Assembly: GCA_951406725.2 (NCBI GenBank) | Contig: OX597837.1 | Location: 3,162,001-3,226,000 of the forward strand | Direction of reading: 5' to 3' | Length of the DNA: 64,000 nt | Source of the DNA: Octopus vulgaris | Taxonomy: Eukaryota | Shown: in pieces, positions 1 through 14,790 of the stretch | How positions within the stretch are numbered: the first letter of the stretch is position 1 | Layout: every line of letters begins with the position of its first letter | The notes under the pieces: generated by a model | What the model was told of the DNA's origin: nothing | The model's input: only the letters and a program-made list of their open reading frames with translations | Databases searched by the model: none | Made by a program: the position numbers and the translations under genes

Positions 1-172
1 CCCGGAACCATGTGGTTGGAAAGCATGCTTTTTACCATACAACTACTCGTGCATTTATGTATTGAAGACAAGAAAAAATAAGATTAATAGAAAAAGAGGG
101 TTGATTGGTAATGATGTTAATGATTGATGATGATTGATGATGAGTGACAGAAAATTCGGCTTTGGTCCTTAC

Positions 173-337
173 TCTGCATCCCAGGTGCTCTCTGTCGCAG
201 CCCTGTGTTGGGGTCAACAGTATTGCTGTAGCCAATAGTGATGTCATAGACTGCATCCACGTGGTCCCGCAGATGATCGATGCCTGTCTTAAAACCCCTC
301 ATTCTTGGTGTCAAAACATATTCGTAAGGATGAAGAC
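173..337 (-). CDS. AGPAT5: AGPAT5-like acyltransferase, internal exon ((G)LHPYEYVLTPRMRGFKTGIDHLRDHVDAVYDITIGYSNTVDPNTGLRQRAPGMQ)
   Basis: 165-nt exon with tgtgcag acceptor and A|gtaagg donor. Phase 1 matches the upstream exon. VLTPR and DAVYDITI motifs correspond to AGPAT5 VLTPR..DAIYDVTV. Confidence 0.93.
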
Positions 338-390
338 CTGCACAAGAGAGATAACGAGAATTTATACACGTATTATGTGTGTGTGTGTGT

Positions 391-455
<65 letters not shown>

Positions 456-681
456 CACACACGAACGTACATACACATGTAGTATGTATGAATGAGTATA
501 TATACATATGTATATATATATATATACATATATATATAAGAAAATAGTAAAGAGTGAAAAAACAACAGAAGGCTTAAATGTTAAAAAATATATATATTTG
601 TGTCAAAATGTCTGGAGAATATTGGAAAAATTTTTTTCCTTTCCTTAAAATGACATAATTTTATAATTTTTAAAATTTTTA

Positions 682-720
682 AAGAAATACCGGTTTCGCG
701 TGTAGCTTTTCAAATTTCTT
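682..720 (-). ncRNA. Minimal hammerhead-ribozyme-like motif with U3-A8 core variant
   Basis: Minus strand reads AAGAAA-U-UUGAAAA-GC-UACAC-GC-GAAAC-CG-GUA-UUUCUU. It lies at the edge of a ~185-bp island within (TA)n. Confidence 0.5.
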
Positions 721-1366
<646 letters not shown>

Positions 1367-1488
1367 TTTCAAGTGCTGTGTTTTTACTGAGATCCCCTTT
1401 AGTAGAAGGAATAGCTATATCTCTTTGACTGCTATTTCTAAATTCGGTGTGTTGGTGAGCCGTTGCATAAACCCTTAATACTTAGTAT

Positions 1489-1525
<37 letters not shown>

Positions 1526-1526
1526 T

Positions 1527-3687
1527 CATCATCATCATCATCATCATCGTTTAGCGTCCGTTTTCCATGCTAGCATGGGTTGGACGGTTCTACTGGGGTC
1601 TGTGAAGCCAGAAGGCTTCATCAGGCCCAGTCAAATCTGGCAGTGTTTCTACGGCTGGATGCCCTTCCTAACGCCAACCACTCCGTGAGTGTAGTGGGTG
1701 CTTTTTACGTGCCACCCGCACAGGTGCCAGACAGAGCTGGCAAACGGCCACGAACGGATGGTGCTTTTTATGTGCCACCGGCACAAGGGCCAGGCGAGGC
1801 TGGCAACGGACACGAAACGGGGCGGTGCTGGCAACGGTCGCGAAACGGAAGGTTCTCTTACATGCCACCGGCACTGGTAACACATCTGCAATTTCCATTG
1901 ATCGATTTCCATTCTGATCCTCACTTGCCTCAACGGGTCTTCACAAGTAGAGTTTCGACATGCCACCGGCACTGGTAACACATCTGCAATTTCCATTGAT
2001 CGATTTCCATTTCTGATCCTCACTTGCCTCAACGGGTCTTCACAAGTAGAGTATCGACATGCCACCGGCACTGGTAACACATCTGCAATTTCCATTGATC
2101 GATTTCGATTCTGATCCTCACTTGCCTCAACAGGTCTTCACAAGTAGAGTTTTGTGTCCCAAGAAGGGAAGGTATGCATACGTAGGCTGGCTCCATCCCA
2201 AGTAGAAGGCCACGGGTTATGGACTCACTTGTGGTGCCAGACAGAGCTGGCACAACGGCCATGAACGGATGGTGCTTTTACGTGTCACCGGCACGGGGCC
2301 AGGCGATGCTGGTAACAGACACGAACGGATGGTGCTTTTACATGCCACCGACTCGGGGCCAGACAGAGCTGGCAAACGGCCACAAACGGACGGTGCTTTT
2401 ACGTGTCACCGGCACGGGGGCCAGCCGAGGCTGGCAACGAACACGAACGGATGGTGCTTTTACGTGCCACCGACACGGGGCCAGACAGAGCTGGCAAACA
2501 GCCACGAACGGACGGTGCTTTTACGTGTCACCGGCACGAAGGCCAGCCGAGGCTGGCAACGAACATGAACGGATGGTGCTTTTATGTGCCACCGACACGG
2601 GGCCCAGACAGAGATGGCAAACGGCCACAAGCGAATGGTGCTTTTACGTATCACTGACACGGGTGCCAGACGAGGCTGGCAGTGGACACGAACGGATGGG
2701 TCACTTAACCCCTGCTTTCTGATATATGATTTGATTTTGATTGTTCTCACTGGTCTTGCCGGGTCTTCTCACGCACAGCATACTTCCACAGGTCTCGGTC
2801 TCTGGTCATTTCCTTGGTGAAACCTAGAGTTCGAAGGTCGTGCTTCACCACCTCGACCCAGGTTTTCCTGGGTCTACCTCTTCCACAGGTCCCCTCAACT
2901 GCCAGGGTGTGGCACTTTTTCACACACCTATCTTCGTCCATTCTCGCCACATGACCATACCAGCGCAATCGTCTCTCTTGCACACAACATCTGATGCCTC
3001 TTAGGTCCAACTTTTCTCCCAAGGTACTTACACTCTGTCGACTATGAATACTGACATTACACATCCAACGGAGCATACTAGCTTCATTTCTTGCGAGCTT
3101 ACGTAAATCCTCAGCAGTCACAGCCCAAGTTTCACTACCATGTAGCATGGCTGTACGTACACATGCATCATACAGTCTGCCTTTTACTTTGAGCGAGAGG
3201 CCTTTTGTCACCAGCAGGGGTAAGAGCTCTCTGAACTTTGCCCAGGCTATTCTTACTCTAGCAGTTACACTTTCAGCACATCCGCCCCCGCTACTGACTT
3301 GGTCACCTAGGTAGTGGAAGCTATCAACTACTTCTAGTTTTTCTCCCTGAAACGTGATAGAAGTTGGTTTCTGCATATTTTCAGAGTTTATTGCTCCTGA
3401 GCATCTGCCACAGATAAAAACTATTTTCCTAGTTAGTCTTCCTTTGACATTACTACATCTCTTATGTGTCCATAGCTTACATTTGGTGTATCTTATAGAG
3501 TTTCTACCTACGCCTTTTCTACAGATCGAGCAAGGCCATCTACCTGAAGGCGTTTGTGATTGGTCTACCTTCCTACTTATTAGGACTTTGGTTTTGGCTA
3601 GGTTGATTCTAAGGCCCTTCGATTCTAAACCTTGCTTCCACACCTGAAACTTCTCCTCCAGTTCTGATAGAGACTCAGCAATTAGAG

Positions 3688-3690
<3 letters not shown>
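1527..3690 (-). mobile_element. 5'-truncated RTE-clade LINE (RT C-terminal half with PHD insert, modular 3'UTR, (ATG)n tail)
   Basis: Open frame 3690-2747 with [26 protein letters not shown] and RGRPRKTW (RTE hallmarks). The 3'UTR ends ...ccatgctagcatggaaaacggacgctaaacgatgatg. Both ends abut (TA)n. Confidence 0.92.
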
Positions 3691-3748
<58 letters not shown>

Positions 3749-3819
3749 CATACATACATATATATATATATATACATACATACATATATATATATATATA
3801 CATACATACATATATATAT

Positions 3820-3862
<43 letters not shown>

Positions 3863-4124
3863 CATACATATATATATATACATACATATATATATATATA
3901 TATACACATACATACATATATATATATACATACATATATATATATATACATACATATGTATATACATACATATATATATACATACATATATATATATATA
4001 CATACATATATATATACATACATATATATATACATACATATATATATACATACATATATATATACATACATATATATATACATACATATATATATATATA
4101 TATAATACATATATATATATATAT

Positions 4125-4174
<50 letters not shown>

Positions 4175-4449
4175 TATATATATACATATATATATACATG
4201 CATATATATACATATATACATACATATATATATACATGCATATATATACATATATACATACATATATATATACATACATATATATATATATACATACATA
4301 CATATATATATATACATACATATATATATATACATACATATATATATATATACATACATATATATATATACATATATACATACATATATATATACATACA
4401 TATATATATATACATATATACATACATATATATATACATACATATATAT

Positions 4450-4547
<98 letters not shown>

Positions 4548-4601
4548 ATGAATTGAAGAAATGGAGTTGAACGAAGATTGAACAGAAATCGTTTTATTGC
4601 A

Positions 4602-4681
4602 TTCTACACGTGTTTCGAAAGCCACAATTTACCAAATTCCGATTGAATAAGGAGACCATATTGTGTCTTTCTCTTCAGGAA
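4602..4681 (-). ncRNA. Type I minimal hammerhead ribozyme (inverted twin of 5931-6010)
   Basis: UUC-CUGAAGA-GAAAG...CUUUC-GAAAC-ACGU-GUA-GAA, followed by AAUAAA. Confidence 0.85.
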
Positions 4682-5930
4682 GAAATAGGAAATCCGTTGG
4701 CAAAAACAAAAACAGAACAGAGGCGCAGCAAAACAAATCGAACGAGGCTCCTAAGAGCCCATGGCCAAACTGTTTATCAATGTATGTTGAAATCGGGTGG
4801 TGGGTGCGTCGAAGATTTTAACAGGTCAGGCAGCAGTCATTCTGGTGGGTGAGAGCACGGGGTGCATAGATGTTCTTTGTGACCGAGACTAAAGTTCTGA
4901 CTATTTAAAGAATATTATATCGGGCGAGACAAAATCTACTTAGAAACATGTGTGTGTGAACTGTTCTATATGTGCGCAGCCGCAAGTTGGTAAGAAGCGC
5001 TACACACTGGTCACTGCTGAGAAATCCGTCAGGGGGTAGAAAATATTTTATGTGTTCGTATGTATGTTTAATTGCGCGGCCGTCAGTTGGTAAACAGCCC
5101 TACACAATGGTCACTGCTGAAAAATCCGTCAGGCGGCAGAAAAATATTTTGTGTGCGTGTGTTCGTCTAATCATGCCTTGTCAAAGAAACCCCCCGTCGT
5201 CAAAACAAAACCCCATTCGTCTCCTGGGAGTAATTCCCCTTGCAATGGTTAATCATATTTCTCTTAAAAAGCTTTTTCAAAATTTATTTCCAAGGGCTAT
5301 TTTCATATAAGTAGTGTAACCGGGTGCAGGTATTATTTATAAGCATTATTTATAAGCAAGATAAGTATAACGCCGCCAATGGGGGCATCGAAAAGCCGAC
5401 TGTAAAAGTCCGTTTACCATCCGGTCTCTGGCGAACAATATATGGAAGAGCTCGGAGACACAAAGGTTGCACTTCCTTCTGCCCCTATCAAATGGGAGGG
5501 CCACCGACAAAACTGACCATTCCAGGCTGTAGCTTGAGTTCGTATTCTTCAATCGCCATATTAGCTTGCTAAGTCCCGTGGTCTGGCATTTATTCACGTC
5601 GCGAAAAGTTGCGTAATGGTTGGAGATTTGTAAGGCCAATTTTGACGATGAGGCCCCGACATATGAGATTTTGTCTCGCCCCATATAATACACCTAATAT
5701 TCTTTAAATAGTCAGAACTTTAGTCTCGGTCACAAAGAACATCTACGCACCCCGTGCTCTCACCCACCGGAATGACCGCTGCCTGACCTGTTAAAATCTT
5801 CAACGCACCCACCACCCGATTTCAACATACATTGATAAACAGTTTGGCCATGGGCTCTTAAGAGCCTCGTTCGATTTGTTTTGCTGCGCCTCTGTTCTGT
5901 TTTTGTTTTTGCCAACGGATTTCCTATTTC

Positions 5931-6010
5931 TTCCTGAAGAGAAAGACACAATATGGTCTCCTTATTCAATCGGAATTTGGTAAATTGTGGCTTTCGAAAC
6001 ACGTGTAGAA
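5931..6010 (+). ncRNA. Type I minimal hammerhead ribozyme
   Basis: Stem I TTC/GAA; core CTGAAGA at 5934-5940; stem II GAAAG-acacaat..attgtgg-CTTTC; GAAAC; palindromic loop ACGT; cleavage triplet GTA at 6005-6007; AATAAA at 6014-6019. Confidence 0.87.
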
Positions 6011-6221
6011 TGCAATAAAACGATTTCTGTTCAATCTTCATTCAACTCCATTTCTTCAATTCACTAATAATATTAAAATTCAATTATCCGCACCAACGCA
6101 TGGTTGCAACACCATATGGTTGTACCTCCAACCGTGTTGTCTTCTGCTGTGATTTTTGCTACCAAGGTATCGGTTAAACTTTTGATTAATCTGCAACAAG
6201 ATTATTCATCTTTCTATTTCA

Positions 6222-6400
<179 letters not shown>

Positions 6401-6495
6401 CATATATATATATATATACGTATGTATATATATATACATACATATATATATATATATACGTATGTATATATATATATACATACATATATATATAT

Positions 6496-6526
<31 letters not shown>

Positions 6527-6559
6527 CATACATATATATATACATACATATATATATAT

Positions 6560-6590
<31 letters not shown>

Positions 6591-6621
6591 CATACATATA
6601 TATATACATATATATATATAT

Positions 6622-6654
<33 letters not shown>

Positions 6655-6662
6655 CATACATA

Positions 6663-8165
<1,503 letters not shown>

Positions 8166-8278
8166 TATATATATATATATATATATATACATACATATAT
8201 ATATATACATACATATATATATATACATACATATATATATATACATACATATATATATATACATACATATATATATAT

Positions 8279-8317
<39 letters not shown>

Positions 8318-8440
8318 CATATATATATATATACACATATATATATATATATATACATATACATACATATATATATATATACATACATATATATATATAT
8401 ACACATACATATATATATACATACATACATATATATATAT

Positions 8441-8473
<33 letters not shown>

Positions 8474-8485
8474 TATATACATACA

Positions 8486-8521
<36 letters not shown>

Positions 8522-8551
8522 CATACATATATATATATATATATACATACA

Positions 8552-8600
<49 letters not shown>

Positions 8601-8604
<4 letters not shown>

Positions 8605-9509
8605 GCGTGTATATGTACATGTAGAGGTAGGTACGTACATATATGTTTATATATATGCATATATTTTATTAACATATTATACGACTAAACGCACGCACCC
8701 TATTAAGTAAGATTGTTCTGTTTATCAAGTTCGCCTTGATATTAACTCTCACGCGACTCTGCATCTTTCTTTCTTTCTCTCCCATTCCCTTTTTCGTCTT
8801 TTTTCCCTCACTTAACTTGTCTCTTCCTCTCTCTCTCCCCCTCACTGTTCTTCATGGTCTCCTCGCACCATTCCCCTTCTTCTCTCTCTTCCTCTTGCTC
8901 CTCCTCCCCCATTCCCGTCGTCCATCTGCGACGTACTTCCGTCGTAACTGCTATCCCGTCCTTTCTCGCCTGCCTTCTAAGGCCACTGGTCGACATCTTC
9001 CTCTCTCGTCGTCCACTATAATCCAGCGTTTGCAATACTTTTTTCGTCTGGCGTTAACAGCCCTTCTTATCTTGTTCTCCTTGTCCTGTCTCTCACTGTT
9101 ATATATTTATTTTTCCACTGTTTATATATATATTTTTTACTGTTTATATGTTTGTACTGTCGTTACCGTCTTGCTTTTTTTACCCCTCTGCGACAAGATC
9201 TCAGAATTTTAATTGATTTGCTTTTCGCGGGAAGGAATTTTTCATTCGAAGTATACGTCTCGCTTTTATCCTTCGAAACGTTTAGTAGATGAAACTTTAG
9301 CGACTGAAGAAGGGGATTTTTCGTTGTGCTTATTGTCCTGTATCTCCTTTTTTGCTTGTCTTGTTCCTTGGTTTGTGTCTATGTTTTTCGTCTCTCTATG
9401 TGTTCGACGTCCTTTTGGTGTCCTGTACACATATATGCGTGTATATGTACATGTAGAGGTAGGTACGTACATATATGTTTATATATATGCATATATTTTA
9501 TTAACATAT
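8601..9509 (+). mobile_element. Unclassified ~900-bp element bounded by a 77-bp direct repeat, possibly PLE pseudo-LTR type
   Basis: 8601-8677 is identical to 9433-9509. Pyrimidine-rich interior, partial hammerhead-like motifs at 9230-9350, embedded in (TA)n. Confidence 0.5.
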
Positions 9510-9637
9510 ATATATATATACATACATATATATATATATACATACATATATATATATATACATACATATATATATATATACATACATATATATATATATA
9601 CATACATATATATATATATACATACATATATATATAT

Positions 9638-9721
<84 letters not shown>

Positions 9722-9763
9722 ATACATATATATATACATATATATATATACATATATATATAC

Positions 9764-9888
<125 letters not shown>

Positions 9889-9987
9889 CACACATATATA
9901 CATATATATATATATACATACATATATATATATATATACATATATATACATACATATACATACATACAAATACATATATATATATAT

Positions 9988-10052
<65 letters not shown>

Positions 10053-10189
10053 CATACATATATATATATACATATATATACATACATATATATATACATA
10101 CATATACATATATATATATACATACATATACATATATATATATACATACATATACATATATATATATACATACATATACAAATATATAT

Positions 10190-10262
<73 letters not shown>

Positions 10263-10624
10263 ATGAGATAGGGGTTGAAAATTCAACCCACCATGGGATA
10301 ATATATATCCAATATACTGCTAGATAGGTACCCAACAAAATTAATACATAGATGTTAAAAATTGTCAAACAATCAGTTCATCTATTGTATTATATGGGTA
10401 AAGGTAATAATATTACCGTAAATTAATACTACAAAATTAGAGAATGGAGAAACATACTTAAATCAGTAAAACATCAACTATCCGATGATACTCAATCCAT
10501 ACTTTAATACACCATTACATATGAGTAAAGGCAATATATAAAATGAAATGAGATATACAGTAATAGTAAAAAGATAAAGAGATATAAGTAAAAAATTTCA
10601 AATATAATATGCAAATAAATCAAA

Positions 10625-10734
10625 ACTGACAGCTGTTTCGGCAGTGAGGGCAGTCATACCTCATTTAACCTATAAGCCATAAAGGCAGGTATAAATGAGG
10701 CATTAACAAGGATGCCCCACGGCCTCTTCAGAGA
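10625..10734 (-). ncRNA. Hammerhead ribozyme with extended stem II (left palindrome arm)
   Basis: Reverse complement of 11831-11940. Confidence 0.78.
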
Positions 10735-11070
10735 ATTAAATTAAATTTGTTATAATAGTGAAAAATATTATATAATCATATACATATAAATATAAAAATA
10801 TAAAAATGTAAAATATAAAAACTTATACATCATAATGCTACACTTATATAATATAATACACATTTGTACAAAAGGAAGGTAAACAGAACAAAATAAAACA
10901 AAATATATAACAGTGTATATATTAATATTAATAAGTACCGATAATATACATATTTGGCTAATAGTTTTTTTTATAAAAAAAAGCTAACACATATGGAGAT
11001 GAAAAATAATAATTAAAACCATGGTACAGTTCATAAAATTCTAAAGCTATAAAAGTTAATAAAAATTACT

Positions 11071-11111
<41 letters not shown>

Positions 11112-11268
11112 TAATAAAAATAGATACAGTTAAGTTAGCACCAAGTCCATCCTTTCAAGATCGAAATAACTATGAGTTAAGAAATGTTGACAACATTTCT
11201 TAACTCATAGTTATTTCGATCTTGAAAGGATGGACTTGGTGCTAACTTAACTGTATCTATTTTTATTA

Positions 11269-11309
<41 letters not shown>

Positions 11310-11592
11310 AGTAATTTTTATTAACTTTTATAGCTTTAGAATTTTATGAACTGTACCATGGTTTTAATTATTATTTTTCATCTCCATATGTGTTAGCTTT
11401 TTTTTATAAAAAAAACTATTAGCCAAATATGTATATTATCGGTACTTATTAATATTAATATATACACTGTTATATATTTTGTTTTATTTTGTTCTGTTTA
11501 CCTTCCTTTTTTGTACAAATGTGTATTATATTATATAAGTGTAGCATTATGATGTATAAGTTTTTATATTTTACATTTTTATATTTTTATAT

Positions 11593-11597
<5 letters not shown>

Positions 11598-11623
<26 letters not shown>

Positions 11624-11770
11624 GTACTTGTTTCAGTCATTTGACTGCGGCCATGCTGGAGCACCGCCTTTAGAGTGGTGAAAGAGTACAGCAGGGATCA
11701 CCACCATCCCCTGCCGGAGCCTCGTGGAGCTTTTAGGTGTTTTCGCTCAATAAACACACACAACGCCCGG
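11598..11770 (-). mobile_element. 5'-truncated poly(A)-tailed SINE inserted in one palindrome arm
   Basis: Poly-T run, then the SINE tail (gtacttgtttcagtcatttgactgcggccatgctggagcaccgcc), then a body similar to the SINE at 35680-36050. Absent from the left arm. Confidence 0.88.
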
Positions 11771-11830
11771 TATATGTATATGTATATGATTATATAATAT
11801 TTTTCACTATTATAACAAATTTAATTTAAT

Positions 11831-11940
11831 TCTCTGAAGAGGCCGTGGGGCATCCTTGTTAATGCCTCATTTATACCTGCCTTTATGGCTTATAGGTTAA
11901 ATGAGGTATGACTGCCCTCACTGCCGAAACAGCTGTCAGT
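11831..11940 (+). ncRNA. Hammerhead ribozyme with extended stem II (right palindrome arm)
   Basis: CTGAAGA at 11834-11840; stem II GGC.GTGGGGCA..ATGCCTCATTT..AAATGAGGTAT..TGCCCTCAC.GCC; GAAAC-AGCT-GTC. Stem I is only 2 bp (CT/AG). Confidence 0.78.
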
Positions 11941-12157
11941 TTTGATTTATTTGCATATTATATTTGAAATTTTTTACTTATATCTCTTTATCTTTTTACT
12001 ATTACTGTATATCTCATTTCATTTTATATATTGCCTTTACTCATATGTAATGGTGTATTAAAGTATGGATTGAGTATCATCGGATAGTTGATGTTTTACT
12101 GATTTAAGTATGTTTCTCCATTCTCTAATTTTGTAGTATATATATATATATACATAT

Positions 12158-12198
<41 letters not shown>

Positions 12199-12320
12199 AA
12201 CACTGCTAGATCTGACTGGGCCTTATGAAGCCTTCCAGCTTCACAGACCCCAGTTGAACCGTCCAACCCATGCTAGCATGGAAAACGGACGCTAAATGAT
12301 GATGATGATGATGATGATAC

Positions 12321-12368
<48 letters not shown>

Positions 12369-12433
12369 CATATATATATATATACACATACATATATATA
12401 TATATACACATACATATATATATATATATATAT

Positions 12434-12486
<53 letters not shown>

Positions 12487-12718
12487 AGGGAAAGAAAAGG
12501 GAAAATAGGAAAGCTCCCACCAAAGCAGAAAGTTTCACAAAACCTCCTTGTTTTAGGTGCAAAGACCCATCTTCAGAAGAAAAAATAGTCTGACAAATGT
12601 GTAGTTATACAGGTTCCGTTGACCCATTCAAATTTGTTGGCGTTATGGTAACAGTAGCATGACTGCTACTGTTACCATAATGCTGGTGTAATCAGCTCTC
12701 CAAGTGAACTACCAATGT

Positions 12719-12768
<50 letters not shown>

Positions 12769-12886
12769 ATAATAATAATAATATTAGGGAATATTATTCC
12801 AAACTTACAGGGAAAAATTCAATTTAGTAATACTAAATCAAATTTCACAACATATAATATATGTATATAAATTAGAGAAGAACCAC

Positions 12887-13721
12887 CATCATCATCATCA
12901 TCATCATCGTCATCGTTTAATGTCCGTTTTCCATGCTAGCATGGACAGTTCAACTGGGGTCCGGGAAGCCAGAAGGCTGCGCCAGGCCTAGTCTGATCTG
13001 GCAGTGTTTCTACAGCTGGATGCCCTTCCTAACGCCAACCACTCTGATAGTGTAGTGGGTGCTATTTATGTGCCACCTGCACAGGTGCCAGACGAGGCTG
13101 GCAAACGGCCACGATTGGATGGTGCCTTTTACGTGCGACCGGCACGGAGGCCAGACGAGGCTGGCAACGGCCACAATTGGATGGTGCTTTTTATGTGCCA
13201 CCGGCACGGAGGCCAGTCGGGGCGGAGCTGACAATGGCCATGTTTGGATGGTTCTCTTACGTGCCACCGGCACTGGTATCTCAGCTACAATTTCCATTGA
13301 TGTTGAAAGATTTCGATTTTCACTTGCCTCAACAGGTCTTCACAAGCAGGGTTTGTGTCACAAGAAGGAAAGGTATGCATAAGTGGGCTGGCTATGTCCC
13401 AGGTATAGGCCACGGGTTATGGTCTCACTTGTCCTGCCGGGTCTTCCCACGCACAGCATACTTCCAAAGGTCTCAGTCTCTGGTCATTTCCTCGGTGAGA
13501 CCTAAAGTTCAAAAATCGTTCTTCACCACCTCGTCCCAGGTTTTCCTGAGTCTACCTCTTCCACAAGTTCCCTCAACTGCCAGGGTGTGGCACTTTTTCA
13601 CGCAACTATCTTCATCCATTCTCGCTACATGACCATACCAGTGCAAACGTCTCTCTTGCACACCACAACTGATGCTTCTTAGGTCCAACTTTTCTCTCAA
13701 GGTACTTACACTCTGTCGAGT
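12887..13721 (-). mobile_element. RTE LINE 3' fragment
   Basis: [20 protein letters not shown] plus the modular 3'UTR and (ATG)n tail. Confidence 0.9.
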
Positions 13722-14135
13722 ATATATATATGTGGATGGATGGACAGACGGACGGACGGACGGACAGACAGCAGACAAACAGAAAGATACAGCTTCAAAA
13801 ACCTTCATGATAGCAAAGGAGAATGGGCACCAGCTGCATCTGCCTACCTAGATTGCCATAGCATTGAGGTAGATCTGGTTACCCCCATTAACAGGAACAA
13901 AATCTGGATTTAAAACACTGGATGATGATAATATACAGAGAGAGAGAGAGGGAGAGAGAGAGAAAGACAGACTGACAAGGAATGCTAACAAGAAGAGTAC
14001 ATCTTGGCTTTATAATAATAATTTTGTCTCAAATAACTACTTGTTCAAACCCATGCTAGCACAGATACATGGAAGTTAAACATATGAACAAGTGACCCAC
14101 ACACAAACGGTGAGAGAGTTGAAAAGTAAACAAAC

Positions 14136-14226
14136 CTCGTTCCTTAGCAAATTCTTTGCTCTTCTGAATTACATCTTGTTTACAAGGATTGAAGCGAGTT
14201 CCTTCGGGGAAGACAACCATCCACAC
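14136..14226 (-). CDS. AGPAT5: AGPAT5-like exon (VWMVVFPEGTRFNPCKQDVIQKSKEFAKER)
   Basis: 91 nt, aaaacag acceptor, G|gtttgt donor. Contains the acyltransferase motif FPEGTR. Confidence 0.95.
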
Positions 14227-14549
14227 CTGTTTTAACGAGAAAGGTTGAGTGTGAGATGGAGGAGGAGATGATGACAATGACAATGATGATAATGAGTATT
14301 GAGGATAACTCAACAGAATATAAAAAAAATCTGTGCCTTCCCCCATCTTTGAGTAATATCCCCACCACTGCCACCATAACTCCTTCACAGTGACCTCTGC
14401 ATCCTCCCTCCTCTTCTTTGTCTCATACCTCCACTCACTACACTACACACAAGAACTAAAAGTACCAGTCATACATGAGGGTCCATACAACTAATTCTAC
14501 CATCTCAAATCAATTTTAGACAACATTCAATTACACAGTCAACCATTGT

Positions 14550-14790
14550 GGAAGTGCATGGCTCAGTGGTTAGGGTGTTGGACTCATGATCATAGGATTG
14601 TGGTTTCTATTCCTGGACCGGGCAATGCATTGTGTTCTTGAGCAAAACACTTCATTTCACATTGCTGCAGTCTACTCAGCTGGCAAAAGTAAGTTAATCC
14701 TGCGATGGACTGGTGTCCCATTCAGGTGGGGAATGTATAAGCCATGGAAATTAGGAGACTGGCCCTTATGAGTCAATGTGGCTTGAGATG
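14550..14790 (+). mobile_element. tRNA-derived SINE (related inverted copy at ~20170-20350)
   Basis: A-box-like tggctcagtggttag, degenerate B-box, and a body containing cctgcgatggactggtgtccc. Confidence 0.6.

Larger units (their letters stand above)
10426..12139. repeat. Giant near-perfect palindrome (~760-bp arms, 1-nt loop at 11190), PLE-like fold-back
   Basis: Centre reads ...gaaatgttg-A-caacatttc.... Arms match out to tactacaaaattagag / ctctaattttgtagta. The right arm carries a SINE insertion. Confidence 0.95.

Noticed and set aside
4610-6041. Twin ORFs [11 protein letters not shown] on opposite strands
   Set aside because: A by-product of the inverted repeat, antisense to the ribozymes.
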